Below are positions 9,554-19,626 of a DNA stretch of 42,232 nt, piece by piece; within the stretch, counting starts at the first letter, position 1, and the number at the start of each line of letters is the position of its first letter. A program made the translations under genes and the position numbers. The stretch covers positions 1 to 42,232 of the IMG/VR virus record IMGVR_UViG_3300044723_008778; one strand, 5' to 3'. The DNA comes from a virus (taxonomy: Duplodnaviria; Caudoviricetes). The notes under the pieces are model-generated. The model made no database searches and was not told where the DNA came from. It saw only the letters and a list, made by a program, of their open reading frames with translations.

Positions 9554-10983
9554 TACTTGACCTTGGCAACATCGCTGCGGAATGTTCTGTCATCAATCAA
9601 CTCGCTCAATGCTCTAGCAGCTTCATTTATGGGCACGAGCGGAATGCCAAGGTTGCCAACAGTGACAGCTTCATCTGCCAAAACATCGAGAAAGACTTTC
9701 AAGCGAGTCATGAACTCATCGCCCAAAACCATGCTCTCTGTTGCACCGTCACCAACAAACGTCTGCCCTTCCGTACCGCTGCCGATAACAATCTTCGGGC
9801 CATCAATGATGACTGTGCCATCAGCCTCGAGCTGAATGACTGCCCTGTTCGCCCCCTCCTTGACGATGCGCACAGTGCCATCTTCTCGAGAGATCACGCG
9901 AATGTTGTTGCTTTTGGTAACGACGAACGCATCGTCGTCGACAGTCGTCGTGGTCGTGGCTCCGCTGTACGGTTCCAAGCCGAAGTTGGAGTCGCCGTCT
10001 GTGCGCATGGAGACGTAGACCCGACTCAGGTCGCTCGCGTAGTCAGGATCGCCCTCGCGAGGTCGAGCGCTCTGCGGCGTCTCTGATCCGGCTGTTGCGT
10101 TGCCAGGCCGCTTGTCGACCTCCTGCTGCTCGCGGACGTTCGTGACGACCTGCGGAGAAGTGGGATCCGCTTGGCCTCGGCCTGCAACAATGTCGATCGA
10201 GCCCTTGTTCTGGTACTCGTCCTGGAACGCTCTCGTGACAGCCGAAGACACTCGATCATCCAGGCCAGAAGCTACGCGGTCGATGCCCAGCGAGATGAGC
10301 GTGTTGTTCGAGCCCTGGATGACCGTGTCGCCTGGTCGCTTCGTGTATCTCGGCACGGCCTCCTTGACGGTCTGCGCGTACCCTGAGGACCTTGCCACGA
10401 GACGATCGAACGAGACCTCGTCGCCAGCAATTGTGTAGCCGTCCCTCGTGTTCGTGCCGTTCGGGAAACCGGGCCGCGTCGCGTCTTCTGACGCCGGGCC
10501 TGCCGCTCTCTCAGCCAGTGAGCGAGGGCCCTCTCTCTCGAAGCGCCTGTCAGAGTGCGTGTAGTTGACGTCATCGACAAAGATGGGCTCAGGCACTCGA
10601 CACATCCAGTACTGGATAGGTGTCTCGCCATTGGTGTTGTCCGTGATCACCCACACGGTCTCGCCAGCATTGACTGGCATCATCATGTGTGGAGGGAAGA
10701 ACGGGAAGCAGATCGTGGCCACGTCTGAGTTGCGAGCCTGCGCGTCCGTGATGATCTTGGCAACGATCGAGTTGCGAGGTGCTAGCCTGGCATACTGCGG
10801 GTTGTCGATCTGTAGCTGAGCCAGGGGAGACTCAGGTGTGTTCAGCAGCGAGGGGTCGTTGATCACATCGATGACGACAGCCTTGGAGATGTTGCTCTGA
10901 CCAGCAGAGTACCTCTGGTCAGAAAGCTCGTTGGCGATGGAGCCTCTGTTACCAATGAGCCGCCTGGCATCGATGTTTCTCAT
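9553..10983 (-). CDS. Baseplate central spike, gp5/VgrG-like
   Basis: N-terminal OB-fold-like CFPFFPPHMMMPVNAGETVWV, beta-repeat C-half (GDTVIQGSNNTLISLG; IQLEADGTVIIDGPKIVIG) and C-terminal ESMVLGD; adjacent to gp25. Confidence 0.7.
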   Translation of the reverse strand: MRNIDARRLIGNRGSIANELSDQRYSAGQSNISKAVVIDVINDPSLLNTPESPLAQLQIDNPQYARLAPRNSIVAKIITDAQARNSDVATICFPFFPPHMMMPVNAGETVWVITDNTNGETPIQYWMCRVPEPIFVDDVNYTHSDRRFEREGPRSLAERAAGPASEDATRPGFPNGTNTRDGYTIAGDEVSFDRLVARSSGYAQTVKEAVPRYTKRPGDTVIQGSNNTLISLGIDRVASGLDDRVSSAVTRAFQDEYQNKGSIDIVAGRGQADPTSPQVVTNVREQQEVDKRPGNATAGSETPQSARPREGDPDYASDLSRVYVSMRTDGDSNFGLEPYSGATTTTTVDDDAFVVTKSNNIRVISREDGTVRIVKEGANRAVIQLEADGTVIIDGPKIVIGSGTEGQTFVGDGATESMVLGDEFMTRLKVFLDVLADEAVTVGNLGIPLVPINEAARALSELIDDRTFRSDVAKVK

Positions 10984-10987
10984 GTCT

Positions 10988-11362
10988 CTACTCTATGTGC
11001 ATCTGCGAGTACAGGTCGTCAGCATCCAGCTTGGCTTCCCGCTCCTCTAGCTTCACGATCATCTCAGCCAGCCGCAGAATCTGTTCGTTGGACTTGCTCA
11101 TCCGTTCCAGGTACTTCGTCAGTGTCGTGCCAAGCGTTGTGTGGGTGACTGTGGAGTTGTCCATCGTCATCGTCGCGTTAGTGAAGAGGATGGCAGCCCT
11201 CTCTCGATCGTCGACGGCGTTCTGATAGATCTCTTTCCACAGCATGCGGCGCTTGTCGTCCAGATCGCTCAGGGAATCCAACAGCTCCTTGAAGTTGTCG
11301 ACGTTCTTCTGGAGCTTGCTGCTCTTGTCTAGCGCCTTATCAAGCTTCTTGCTTGTCATCAA
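10988..11362 (-). CDS. Hypothetical helical/coiled-coil protein
   Basis: 124 aa; translationally coupled to the sigma-like gene; predicted all-helical from its composition. Confidence 0.6.
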   Translation of the reverse strand: MMTSKKLDKALDKSSKLQKNVDNFKELLDSLSDLDDKRRMLWKEIYQNAVDDRERAAILFTNATMTMDNSTVTHTTLGTTLTKYLERMSKSNEQILRLAEMIVKLEEREAKLDADDLYSQMHIE

Positions 11363-12105
11363 TCCTCCCAGAACTCATAAGCGAAGATGCCGTTGCCGCC
11401 TGTGACCTCCCTGTAGTTCCTCCTGATGGAAGACAGGGCAGAGGACAACTGGTTCTGCTCTAAGCCAGTGATCTCCCTTAAGTAGACGAGAATCGATCTC
11501 TTGTTCATGATGTCGACCTGCTCGATGTTGTCGAACAGGTACTTGATCGCGTTAGCGACGAGGATCTGACGGTCGTTCTTGCAGCCGAGCTCCAGCTCGT
11601 ACATGAGCTTGCCGATGATGAGATTCATCTCTTCTTGCGTGACTAGAGAGTCTGGTGACTGCACGATCGTCTTGGACTCTATCGAGTACTTCTCCATCGG
11701 CGTCATCGTGCTGTCGTCATCAGCGCTCACTTGAGCCCGAGCACGCTTGATGTACTTCTTGCTCTGGTTGATGAGCCAGCGCTTGGCCGTGATGTTATAG
11801 TAGGAGAAAGCCTTGGTGCCACGCTCAGGATCCCACTTGTGAAGCGACTCGTACAAGAATGTGATGCAGTCAGCCTTCATCGCATCCGCGTTCTCTCGCG
11901 GGCACTTGAATCCGTACACCCACACCAAGTTGTCCACAAGCGCTGTGAATGCAGGCATGATCTCGTCAGCGAACAGCTTATCTTTCTCTGCATCAGAGTC
12001 AGATCCCTGCCACTTCTTGATAGCCTTGTCAGTGTTCTCGGTGAAGTAGTTCTTGGACTTCACACCTGGGCGTCTCTTGATCTTCTTGCGGACAAGCTTA
12101 GGCAT
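11359..12105 (-). CDS. Phage RNA polymerase sigma factor (T4 gp55-like late sigma)
   Basis: Start reassigned to MPKLV (ATG 12105, SD GAGG). KNYFT..., DCITFLYESLHKWDPERGTKAFSYYNITAKRWLI match sigma region 2 (FDP.rG..f.sY). Confidence 0.78.
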   Translation of the reverse strand: MPKLVRKKIKRRPGVKSKNYFTENTDKAIKKWQGSDSDAEKDKLFADEIMPAFTALVDNLVWVYGFKCPRENADAMKADCITFLYESLHKWDPERGTKAFSYYNITAKRWLINQSKKYIKRARAQVSADDDSTMTPMEKYSIESKTIVQSPDSLVTQEEMNLIIGKLMYELELGCKNDRQILVANAIKYLFDNIEQVDIMNKRSILVYLREITGLEQNQLSSALSSIRRNYREVTGGNGIFAYEFWED

Positions 12106-12400
12106 CTGATTCCTCGTTCTCTTCAGGCTGCGGGCGATCGACCGATGCTGACATCGTGATTGCAACAGCCAGGACGGCATTGCCAGCATCCTTGATGCTG
12201 TTCAGGCAAGCACGGACCTCCCTGGAATCCATGAAGAGAGGGCGGCCTGCGATGTCCAGCAGTTCCTTGTAGCTGTTGTCCAGCAAGTCTAGCGACTCCT
12301 CAATCGCTCTCTCTACCTTCAGGATGAGCATGGCGAACTTGATCGCGTAGAACACTGCGACGATAGCAACAAGCGATGTTATGACTAGTGCGATGACCAT
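12098..12400 (-). CDS. Small membrane-anchored hypothetical protein
   Basis: Start reassigned to MVIAL (ATG 12400); N-terminal hydrophobic helix followed by a helical domain. Confidence 0.6.
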   Translation of the reverse strand: MVIALVITSLVAIVAVFYAIKFAMLILKVERAIEESLDLLDNSYKELLDIAGRPLFMDSREVRACLNSIKDAGNAVLAVAITMSASVDRPQPEENEESDA

Positions 12401-12401
12401 T

Positions 12402-13631
12402 TCACCCCAACATGTCACGTGTGAACTTGCTGTCCAGATCTGCAACGACAGAGTCGATAGAGTAGTCGCGAAGAACTGCTCCAGCAGACTTCCTGGCTCT
12501 GGTCAGATGCTCGTCACTGTCGAGAAGTGCCCGCATCTGCTCCTTGCAAGACGACTCATGAGGTTCTGCCCAAAGACACCCTGGCACAAACACACGGCCA
12601 TCGATCTTTACCTGAGGGACCTGGATCATGTCGAAGCTGACTGGTAGCAGCGCATCACCCACGAAGTCCATGTACCCCGAGTGTTCAGTGCCGATGACTG
12701 GCAGGCCGCACACAACGGCCTCAAGAACTGGCAGGCCGTAGCCCTCACCCCTGGACGGCATGAGCAGGCCAGCATTCTTTTCGCTCATGTAGATCGCGCG
12801 CTTCTCACGCTCGGTCAGAGCACCGTGAAGCAAGTGAACACCAGGAGCACCCTCGACGCCAGCAAGCTTCTTGGCCTCTTTCACGCAAGCGTCCAACTTG
12901 GCCACAGTGATCTTTCGGTCAATGGTGGTGTTCCTGGCTGAGTTAGTCTTGACGATCAAGCTCACGTTCGGATCGTTGCCGTACTCCTCCACGAACCACT
13001 TGATCGCGTTGAACGTGTTCTTGCGATCGTTGGAAGCATCCGTGCCAGTCAGCTGACCGAAAACCAGGAAGAACTTGCCATTGATGCCTTCCAGCAGGCC
13101 GCTGACCTTGTCCTGCATGATCTCGCCTTCGGTCTCCTCGGGCAGGGACGGGTGGAATGCCTCCCTGACAACGTGGATCCTCTTGGAGAGGCGGCGACGG
13201 TCGTAGTCGTCAGTCGCTGAATCAATGAACGACTTCTTGGAGAACTCGGACGGAACAATGACCCTGTCCATCCTGAGGCAGGCTTTGATCCAGTCTTGGC
13301 TCACCCTGTCGGTCTCAACGCCAGCAGTGACTCCGATGTTGAACTTGCCCTTGCCCGGGTCCCACTCGTGTGGCAGCTGGATCTGAATGGTTGCATCGAA
13401 CGTGCCGGCAGTCTCAGTCGAGTGCGACAGCGAATACTCGATGAGCTCTCGGTCGTAGTGGTCCTCTGAGTTCAGGTACCACGGAGTCATGCCCCACGGC
13501 ATGCACTCGGTCACTACGCGGCCAACACGGCCAGATCTCTCAAGCTCGCGAGCCCAGTGAACGAACTGGCGAGAGTGGTATCCGTAGCCTGACTGAGTGA
13601 GAATCGGTCCTCTGACTAGCAAGCTCTTCAT
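12402..13631 (-). CDS. Glycosyltransferase, GT-B fold (GT4-like)
   Basis: SGYG N-terminal loop, DRKN, PSRGEGYGLPVLEAVVCGLPVI (E-x7-E). Confidence 0.9.
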   Translation of the reverse strand: MKSLLVRGPILTQSGYGYHSRQFVHWARELERSGRVGRVVTECMPWGMTPWYLNSEDHYDRELIEYSLSHSTETAGTFDATIQIQLPHEWDPGKGKFNIGVTAGVETDRVSQDWIKACLRMDRVIVPSEFSKKSFIDSATDDYDRRRLSKRIHVVREAFHPSLPEETEGEIMQDKVSGLLEGINGKFFLVFGQLTGTDASNDRKNTFNAIKWFVEEYGNDPNVSLIVKTNSARNTTIDRKITVAKLDACVKEAKKLAGVEGAPGVHLLHGALTEREKRAIYMSEKNAGLLMPSRGEGYGLPVLEAVVCGLPVIGTEHSGYMDFVGDALLPVSFDMIQVPQVKIDGRVFVPGCLWAEPHESSCKEQMRALLDSDEHLTRARKSAGAVLRDYSIDSVVADLDSKFTRDMLG

Positions 13632-14890
13632 TGTCCAACCTCCTTCAGCTCAACTCTCGGATACCTGTCTTTCCAGTTCTCTACTGCCTCAAGAAGCGTC
13701 TCGTGCCACTTGTCGACGACGTCTTGGTAAGCGAACTCAGATTCAGCGTAGGCCTTTGCCTTCTGTCCGAGCGCCTTCAGTTCGTCATCAGGCATCTCCA
13801 CAAGCTTCTGGATTGCTGCAGCGATGTTGTCAGGGTGAGCGTAGTCCTCGAAGATGTAGGGCACCATCTGGCTGCCCACGAGCGACTGCATGTCGACATT
13901 CAGGGCAACGCCGTTCTCCGAGCCGTCTCGATGATCGACGACCTGCCGGGTCTGACCACCCGTCTTGACGGCAATGATCGGATTGCCGCACTGCATCGAC
14001 TCCAGCGTCGGAAGCCCGAAGCCTTCTGCGTAGGAGATGTTGAGGCAGAAGTCAGAGATGTTGTGCAACACGTTCATCTTCTCGAAATCTAGAACCTCCG
14101 TCGAGAAGAAGACGTGCTTGCGCAGGTCGAACAGGTCGAGCGTCTGGTAGAGATTGGGCCCTTCCTGATCGGTGGGATTCGTGTGCATGACCAGAGTCGC
14201 CTTCGGATCCTCACCATGCTTCTCCTTGTAGTCATCAACGAACTTCTTCCAGGACATCAACACGTCATTGGGGCGCTTGCGCTTCGCGTTGCGGTTGATC
14301 CACAGGCAGACTCGGTGGTCGGCACGTTCTTCGCCGAGGATCTTCCTCTTCCAGTCGAGCTTCTCATCATCCGGCAGCTCGTAGAACATGCCAGGCGGCA
14401 GAGCGTGCGGAATGAAGTTGGAAGACTCAGGGAAGTCGTCCATCACCTGTGTGTAGGTCTTGTGCGAGTGGCAGTTGATGAGGTCAGTCGCCTCGTACAA
14501 CGGCTTGTTGAACACCGGCTTCGGGTCGTTGTCCCACACGTGCCACCAGACAATGGGGCAGAACTGGTGAACCTCGTCCTCCATCTCGAACATGTAGATG
14601 AAGAATCTGGGGTCTGTGAAGATGAACAGGGCATCTGGCTTCTCAGTCGCCAGCGTCACCCTGAGCAAGTCCGGATTGCCGAAGCCGTCGATGGGCTTGA
14701 TGATGAAGTCGTCGTTGACCTTGACGGTGTCATAGTTCTCGTGCTTGACAGCAGCACCGAACTGGCGAAACGACCAGCACCCCTTCTTGAGCAGGCCCTC
14801 GATGAGATGCCTGGATTGCGTGCCGACCCCTGAGGCCGACAGCGCGTGATCCGATATGAGCAGGATCTTGTACTTCTTGTCGGTTGTCAT
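13628..14890 (-). CDS. Glycosyltransferase, GT-B fold (GT4-like)
   Basis: SGVGTQ, NRNAKRK, SYAEGFGLPTLESMQCGNPII (E-x7-E). Confidence 0.9.
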   Translation of the reverse strand: MTTDKKYKILLISDHALSASGVGTQSRHLIEGLLKKGCWSFRQFGAAVKHENYDTVKVNDDFIIKPIDGFGNPDLLRVTLATEKPDALFIFTDPRFFIYMFEMEDEVHQFCPIVWWHVWDNDPKPVFNKPLYEATDLINCHSHKTYTQVMDDFPESSNFIPHALPPGMFYELPDDEKLDWKRKILGEERADHRVCLWINRNAKRKRPNDVLMSWKKFVDDYKEKHGEDPKATLVMHTNPTDQEGPNLYQTLDLFDLRKHVFFSTEVLDFEKMNVLHNISDFCLNISYAEGFGLPTLESMQCGNPIIAVKTGGQTRQVVDHRDGSENGVALNVDMQSLVGSQMVPYIFEDYAHPDNIAAAIQKLVEMPDDELKALGQKAKAYAESEFAYQDVVDKWHETLLEAVENWKDRYPRVELKEVGQ

Positions 14891-14901
14891 TGCGCTCCGT
14901 G

Positions 14902-14909
14902 TAAGTATG
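14902..14909 (-). promoter_or_regulatory. Candidate late promoter motif CATACTTA upstream of the GT4-GT4-sigma-gp5 unit
   Basis: Intergenic, 11 nt upstream of ATG 14890, SD GGAG between. Confidence 0.6.
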
Positions 14910-14929
14910 CAACCAAGACGCTTTCCAAC

Positions 14930-14957
14930 ATCCTAACTGCACAAGGGCGCGCGTAAA
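14930..14957 (-). promoter_or_regulatory. Possible sigma70-type promoter TTTACG-N16-TAGGAT
   Basis: Partial consensus match in the intergenic gap, upstream of the CATACTTA motif. Confidence 0.35.
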
Positions 14958-15830
14958 CTAGAATCCGACGCTGTCGCAGTGCTCGGTGCCGCGATATTCG
15001 CAGAAGCGGCAAGCCATTCGCTTCTTCAGGCACATGCTGGATGACCTGGATGACACGAACGAAGAGAGCTTCTTGTCCACCTTCTCAATCGTCTTGGGGC
15101 CCACGGACACATCCAGGCGACTCAGGGACCTACCAGGCTTGGCAGTCTTCCGAAGCAGCACGAACGCGCAGCCGATGTCCTTCAGCGGCTTCTCCTCGCG
15201 CAGAGACCAGTACTTCTTGTAGAACGCGAGCTGGCCCCACGTCTTCATGTCTTGCTGCTTCTGGATGGACCAGCCGCCGGATCGAGCGGTCTTCCAGTCG
15301 ATGATCCAGTATCGCTCCTTCACGTTGCCGCGCTTGTCGGCCTTGCGAGAGACGATGATGGCATCAATGAAGCCCTTGAAGTTGAACTGCTCGCCATTGA
15401 GCTCGTGCTCAGTGGGCTCGTAGAGCTGCTCTTCTGCGGAGATGCATTCCCAGTCTCCGAACTGCTCGTCCATCCACTCGGGCAACCCGGACAGCGAGTT
15501 ACGAGCCCAAGCGACGTGCTCTTCAAGATCGTTGTGCTTGTACACCCAACGAGCAGCACTTGCCTTCTCAGACAGTCGCTGGATATACTCGGGCGAGTCG
15601 AATCCCTTCTCTGCCCAAGCAGCACGCAGCTTCGCCTCGCAGTCGTCAATGTCCAACGGGCCGCCGTTGAGCCAGGCTTCGATCGTGTTGTGCAGGATCG
15701 ATCCGTAGTCGAGGTAGTGGCTCTCGTTGTCCTCGATCTCGATGCCGTCAACGTACTTGAGCTTGTGCTGGTACGGGCAGTCAAGCCAGGTGCGAAGCTC
15801 GGAGAACGATACGTGTTTCTTGGCCGTCAA
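14958..15830 (-). CDS. PD-(D/E)XK nuclease, Cas4/AddB-like with probable Fe-S cluster
   Basis: SFSEL..WLDCP, GSILH, E...KGFIDA...IIDWKT, QLAFY and C-terminal CRFCEYRGTEHC. Confidence 0.88.
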   Translation of the reverse strand: MTAKKHVSFSELRTWLDCPYQHKLKYVDGIEIEDNESHYLDYGSILHNTIEAWLNGGPLDIDDCEAKLRAAWAEKGFDSPEYIQRLSEKASAARWVYKHNDLEEHVAWARNSLSGLPEWMDEQFGDWECISAEEQLYEPTEHELNGEQFNFKGFIDAIIVSRKADKRGNVKERYWIIDWKTARSGGWSIQKQQDMKTWGQLAFYKKYWSLREEKPLKDIGCAFVLLRKTAKPGRSLSRLDVSVGPKTIEKVDKKLSSFVSSRSSSMCLKKRMACRFCEYRGTEHCDSVGF

Positions 15831-15834
15831 GTGC

Positions 15835-16245
15835 TCAGTCCTTGCTGTAGTAATCGGAAGAGGAACGGATCTTCATTCCCAGGCCATCGACGATCTCAGC
15901 ACCCATCTCGCGGCATACAGCAGCTTCTGGAATCTCATCCACGAACCTGTCTCCGCCCTTGGCGAAAATGTCCGGATGCACGGCTCGCAGAGACTTACAC
16001 ACGGAGGGATCCGTGTCGATAGAAAGAAGTGCCTCATCCACACAACGCAGGGAAGACACGATCTTCAGCCTGTCCTCAGCAGACATGAACGGAGCTCCCT
16101 TCTTTAGCACCGCCTGCTCATCGTTGTTGACAATGACGACTAGCCTATCGCCCAGCTTGGCAGCCATCTCCAGATACTCGATGTGGCCAACGTGGATGGG
16201 GTCGAAGTAGCCGCTGGCCGCAACAGTCTTGATACCATCACTCAT
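15835..16245 (-). CDS. Cytidylyltransferase-like nucleotidyltransferase (TagD/RfaE-II family)
   Basis: Start reassigned to [17 protein letters not shown] (HxGH), VIVNND, FAKGGD and KIRSSS motifs. Confidence 0.88.
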   Translation of the reverse strand: MSDGIKTVAASGYFDPIHVGHIEYLEMAAKLGDRLVVIVNNDEQAVLKKGAPFMSAEDRLKIVSSLRCVDEALLSIDTDPSVCKSLRAVHPDIFAKGGDRFVDEIPEAAVCREMGAEIVDGLGMKIRSSSDYYSKD

Positions 16246-17227
16246 CGTCAGGATCTCCGGATCTGTTGAACGAATCACCGTAAAACTCGGCCTCGAACAT
16301 CATGCGAACAAGCTGGTCGAACTTGACCTTCGGCTCCCACCCCAGGACCGTCTTGGCCTTGGTGGGATCTCCGAGAAGAAGCGGCACCTCTTCCGGTCGG
16401 AAGAGCCTCTCGTCGATGGAGACATACTTGTCCACGTCCAGGCGAGCGATCTCGAACGTCTTCTCCAGATACTCCTTGACGGAGTAGGTCTCACCGGTTG
16501 CGATGACGTAATCGTCTGGGGTGTCGTGCTGCAGCATGAGCCACATGGCTTCCACGTAGTCGCCAGCAAAACCCCAATCGCGCTTGGCGTCCAGGTTGCC
16601 CAGCTTCAGCTCCGTCTGCAGGCCCATCTTGATCCGAGCCGCAGCGCGGGAGATCTTGCGGGTGACGAAGTTCTCGCCTCGACGGGGCGACTCGTGGTTG
16701 AACAGGATGCCGCTGCAAGCAAACATGCCTCGCTCCCGGTAGTGACGCATCATATTGTGGCCGAAGAGCTTGGCGCAAGCGTATGGAGACGCAGGCTCGA
16801 ACCGCGTGGTCTCAGACTGCGGCACCTCCGTGTTGGCACCGAACATCTCAGACGAGCTAGCCTGATAGAACTTTACGTTCGGCACGATCAGCCGGGCAGC
16901 CTCGAGAAGACGAGTGGTGCCGAGCACGATGCCAGATACGGTCTCCTCGGGCGTCTCAAACGAGACACGGACGTGCGACTGGGCAGCCAGGTTGTAGATC
17001 TCATCCGGCTGGTACTCGTCCAGCAGCCGATACATCGAGCTCGCATCCTCGAGAGAGAAGTACCTCACCTCGAAGTTCGGATGCTTGAAGATGTGATCGA
17101 TGTTGGGTGTGTGGATGTTGCTAGTGCGGCGCTTGAGGCCGATAACTCGATAGCCCTTCTCGAGCAGCAGTTCTGCCAAGTAAGAGCCGTCCTGGCCTGT
17201 GATGCCGGTGATCAACGCTGTCTTCAA
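16238..17227 (-). CDS. gmd: GDP-mannose 4,6-dehydratase
   Basis: [66 protein letters not shown]. Confidence 0.97.
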   Translation of the reverse strand: MKTALITGITGQDGSYLAELLLEKGYRVIGLKRRTSNIHTPNIDHIFKHPNFEVRYFSLEDASSMYRLLDEYQPDEIYNLAAQSHVRVSFETPEETVSGIVLGTTRLLEAARLIVPNVKFYQASSSEMFGANTEVPQSETTRFEPASPYACAKLFGHNMMRHYRERGMFACSGILFNHESPRRGENFVTRKISRAAARIKMGLQTELKLGNLDAKRDWGFAGDYVEAMWLMLQHDTPDDYVIATGETYSVKEYLEKTFEIARLDVDKYVSIDERLFRPEEVPLLLGDPTKAKTVLGWEPKVKFDQLVRMMFEAEFYGDSFNRSGDPDDE

Positions 17228-17238
17228 AATCGTTCTCC

Positions 17239-18168
17239 TTAGCTTACGCCTCGGACATTAGGGTATCTGGCAACGAACGATTGTACAGTCTCACGCAGGC
17301 CCTCGCGCAGAGGCGTGTACTCGCCGTCCCATCCAAGCTCGCGGAGTCTTTGGTTGGAGGTCGGCTTGCGATGCTGACCTTCTGGCTTGCTCAGGTCCCA
17401 CTCGATCTCACCGCTGTACCCAACTAGGTCACGAATCATCTCAGCCAGCTCTCGAATGGAGATCTCTTCAGTACAGCCTATGTTGATGGGATCGCTACCG
17501 TCGTAGTGCTCAGCAATCCAGTGGATAATTCTGGCAGCGTCCCTAGCGAACGTGAACTCACGCAGTGGACGACCAGAGCCCCACAGAGAAACAGATGGGG
17601 CTCCAGACAGTTTGGCCTCATGGAAACGGCGGATGAGCGCAGGAATGACGTGGCCACCTTCCAGGTCGTAGTTATCGTTCAGGCCGTAGAGGTTGTTCGG
17701 GATGACGTTGACGAAGTTGCAGCCCCACTGCTGCCGATAAGCTCGGGCCTGAACGTCGAGCATCCTCTTGGCATAAGCGTAGCCGAAGTTGCTAGGGTGC
17801 GGAGGCCCGAGATGAAGCTGATCTTCTGTCATGGGATAGGTGACATGAGGCGCGTCTGGGTAGATGCACGTGGACATGACGGATACGAGCTTGCAATCAG
17901 CGTGACGACACGCTTCCATCACGGCCAAGTTCATTCGAATGTTATCGTCGTAGAACTCAGCGACCCTATCTGTGTTGGCCTTCACTCCGCCCACGCGAGC
18001 TGCGCAGTGAATGAGAACGGATCCGGAATCAACTATGCTAGACAGCTTCCCTGATGCATCTATTGCCGTGAGATCAACATCAGAAGATCCGATTGCTTTT
18101 GCGTGCTGTGAGAGCTTGATTATCTCAGATCCGAGAAGACCAGTGGCACCAGTGACAATCGTTTTCAT
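17239..18168 (-). CDS. fcl: GDP-L-fucose synthase (epimerase/reductase)
   Basis: [47 protein letters not shown]; adjacent to gmd. Confidence 0.92.
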   Translation of the reverse strand: MKTIVTGATGLLGSEIIKLSQHAKAIGSSDVDLTAIDASGKLSSIVDSGSVLIHCAARVGGVKANTDRVAEFYDDNIRMNLAVMEACRHADCKLVSVMSTCIYPDAPHVTYPMTEDQLHLGPPHPSNFGYAYAKRMLDVQARAYRQQWGCNFVNVIPNNLYGLNDNYDLEGGHVIPALIRRFHEAKLSGAPSVSLWGSGRPLREFTFARDAARIIHWIAEHYDGSDPINIGCTEEISIRELAEMIRDLVGYSGEIEWDLSKPEGQHRKPTSNQRLRELGWDGEYTPLREGLRETVQSFVARYPNVRGVS

Positions 18169-18761
18169 GGTTGTCTGTTGGGGTGCTTGATGTGAACAGA
18201 CGGCAAGTCGCCCTGAAGATCGATGAGTTCAGAAAACATGGAGTCTAGTCTCTTGGAGACGTCTTCTGGCATCGCAGACGTGCTAGAGCTTCTCTGCTTG
18301 AAATTGCTTGCGATCTGCAAGTCGCCTTCAAAATCTAGAAATTCGGCTAGCTCCTTATCGACAGATGGAAGCACAAGATCCTCGTACCTCAGGAACACGA
18401 TTGGAATACCAACATCTGCATTGTACCAGCTCTCGAAGTGATTGCTCAGCTCTGGAAACCCTTCATTGCTATCAATGTACTCTCTCATCGGCAACGTTAT
18501 CCGCCTGCCTGAACCCAGGTGCTTCAGGTGCAGGTTGATCCACCTGAGATCTGTGCCTGTTCGTCGCCAGAATGAAAGAAACGACTCGATCGGATTGGAA
18601 TACAGGTAGATCACGCGATCGACATCATCTTCCACGGCTTGATCCGAGAAAGACTGATGCGGGTTGTGTTTCTCATCGTAGCTATCAATGCCCATGCTCT
18701 TCAGGTGCATAGTGAGAAACTTGAGACCGCTACCCCCGTAGCTGTACAGCCTGACCTTCAT
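18165..18761 (-). CDS. Putative sulfotransferase-fold protein (divergent)
   Basis: Start reassigned to MKVRL (SD GGAGG). SYGGSG at the 5'-PSB position, IYLYSNPIESFLSF at the 3'-PB position, and LRYEDL. Confidence 0.55.
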   Translation of the reverse strand: MKVRLYSYGGSGLKFLTMHLKSMGIDSYDEKHNPHQSFSDQAVEDDVDRVIYLYSNPIESFLSFWRRTGTDLRWINLHLKHLGSGRRITLPMREYIDSNEGFPELSNHFESWYNADVGIPIVFLRYEDLVLPSVDKELAEFLDFEGDLQIASNFKQRSSSTSAMPEDVSKRLDSMFSELIDLQGDLPSVHIKHPNRQP

Positions 18762-18765
18762 TCGT

Positions 18766-19626
18766 TCACCTCCACTCAAACCACCCTTCGATTGGCACCT
18801 TGGACAAGTTCTTGTTGCTGTGGCCCTTCCACGGTCGCCAATCCTTCCTCACACCAACACTGGATGCTTCAGATAGAAAAGCTGCCCACCAACTCATCGT
18901 TCCGTGCTCGAACATGATGTTATCGAAAGATCTCATCTTGTCGAAGTCTTCTGATATGCTAGCTGGCTCGAACACTGGCTCGAACTGCAGCAGTGCATCC
19001 ACAACACCGTTCAAGTACTCAGCTGCATCCTCGTGCCCCACTGACTTGCTAGCATCCACATCGTTGTGGAACTTCAAAGAGCCCAGCTCTTCCGGGGTGT
19101 ACCGTCTAAGCTCCGGCAAGTCAGACACAATGTGCAGCCTATCGAAATCAAACGACTCGATGGCTTCTCTGTAGCTGTCTGCTGATGGCTTGTACTCGAA
19201 CTCGTTCCTCATGAACAAGCGGTCGCCTGTCCTGAAGTGGAAGACGAGATCACGGTCATTCGTCTTGCCGACAGGCTCAAACCAAGACTTGATCAACTCT
19301 CTGTTCTCAATGAAGTAGCGGTAGTCCTCGAAGTGACCCCTGACAACGATGTTACAATCTGGCATCGAATCTTGTGCCATGGCTGCAGCGTAGTTGCCAT
19401 CGTTCACGAAGACAGCTTGGCTGCTGGCAAGACCAGCAGTGACCTCTACGCCACCAACCCACACGTTGGACAGCTCGTTCAGGCCGTAGTAGTCAGCCCA
19501 CGGAAGAACCGCCTGGACCTTTCTGCCGTGCTTCTCTGCTAACAGCCGTGCTGCGACCAACTGGAACACGTTGTTGCCAAACCCGTTGGTGAGCTGGACA
19601 ACTACTGAATTTTCGTTCCCGCTCAA
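18766..19626 (-). CDS. Alpha-1,2-fucosyltransferase-like glycosyltransferase (GT11)
   Basis: NGFGNNVFQ (GxGNQ-like), VFHFRTGD (HxRxGD), GTMSWWAAFL; near gmd/fcl. Confidence 0.85.
   Translation of the reverse strand: MSGNENSVVVQLTNGFGNNVFQLVAARLLAEKHGRKVQAVLPWADYYGLNELSNVWVGGVEVTAGLASSQAVFVNDGNYAAAMAQDSMPDCNIVVRGHFEDYRYFIENRELIKSWFEPVGKTNDRDLVFHFRTGDRLFMRNEFEYKPSADSYREAIESFDFDRLHIVSDLPELRRYTPEELGSLKFHNDVDASKSVGHEDAAEYLNGVVDALLQFEPVFEPASISEDFDKMRSFDNIMFEHGTMSWWAAFLSEASSVGVRKDWRPWKGHSNKNLSKVPIEGWFEWR

Noticed and set aside
6595-10983. Type VI secretion system or extracellular contractile injection system
   Set aside because: The gp25/gp6/gp5 homologs occur with a phage sigma factor, PhoH, DinG and tmRNA, and without Tss membrane-complex, ClpV or Afp15-type ATPase genes.
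16229-17242. Long plus-strand ORFs (also 957-1889, 14114-14833, 15252-16022, 27563-28420, 39509-40261)
   Set aside because: They are antisense shadows of well-supported minus-strand genes with biased codon usage, and show no recognisable motifs.
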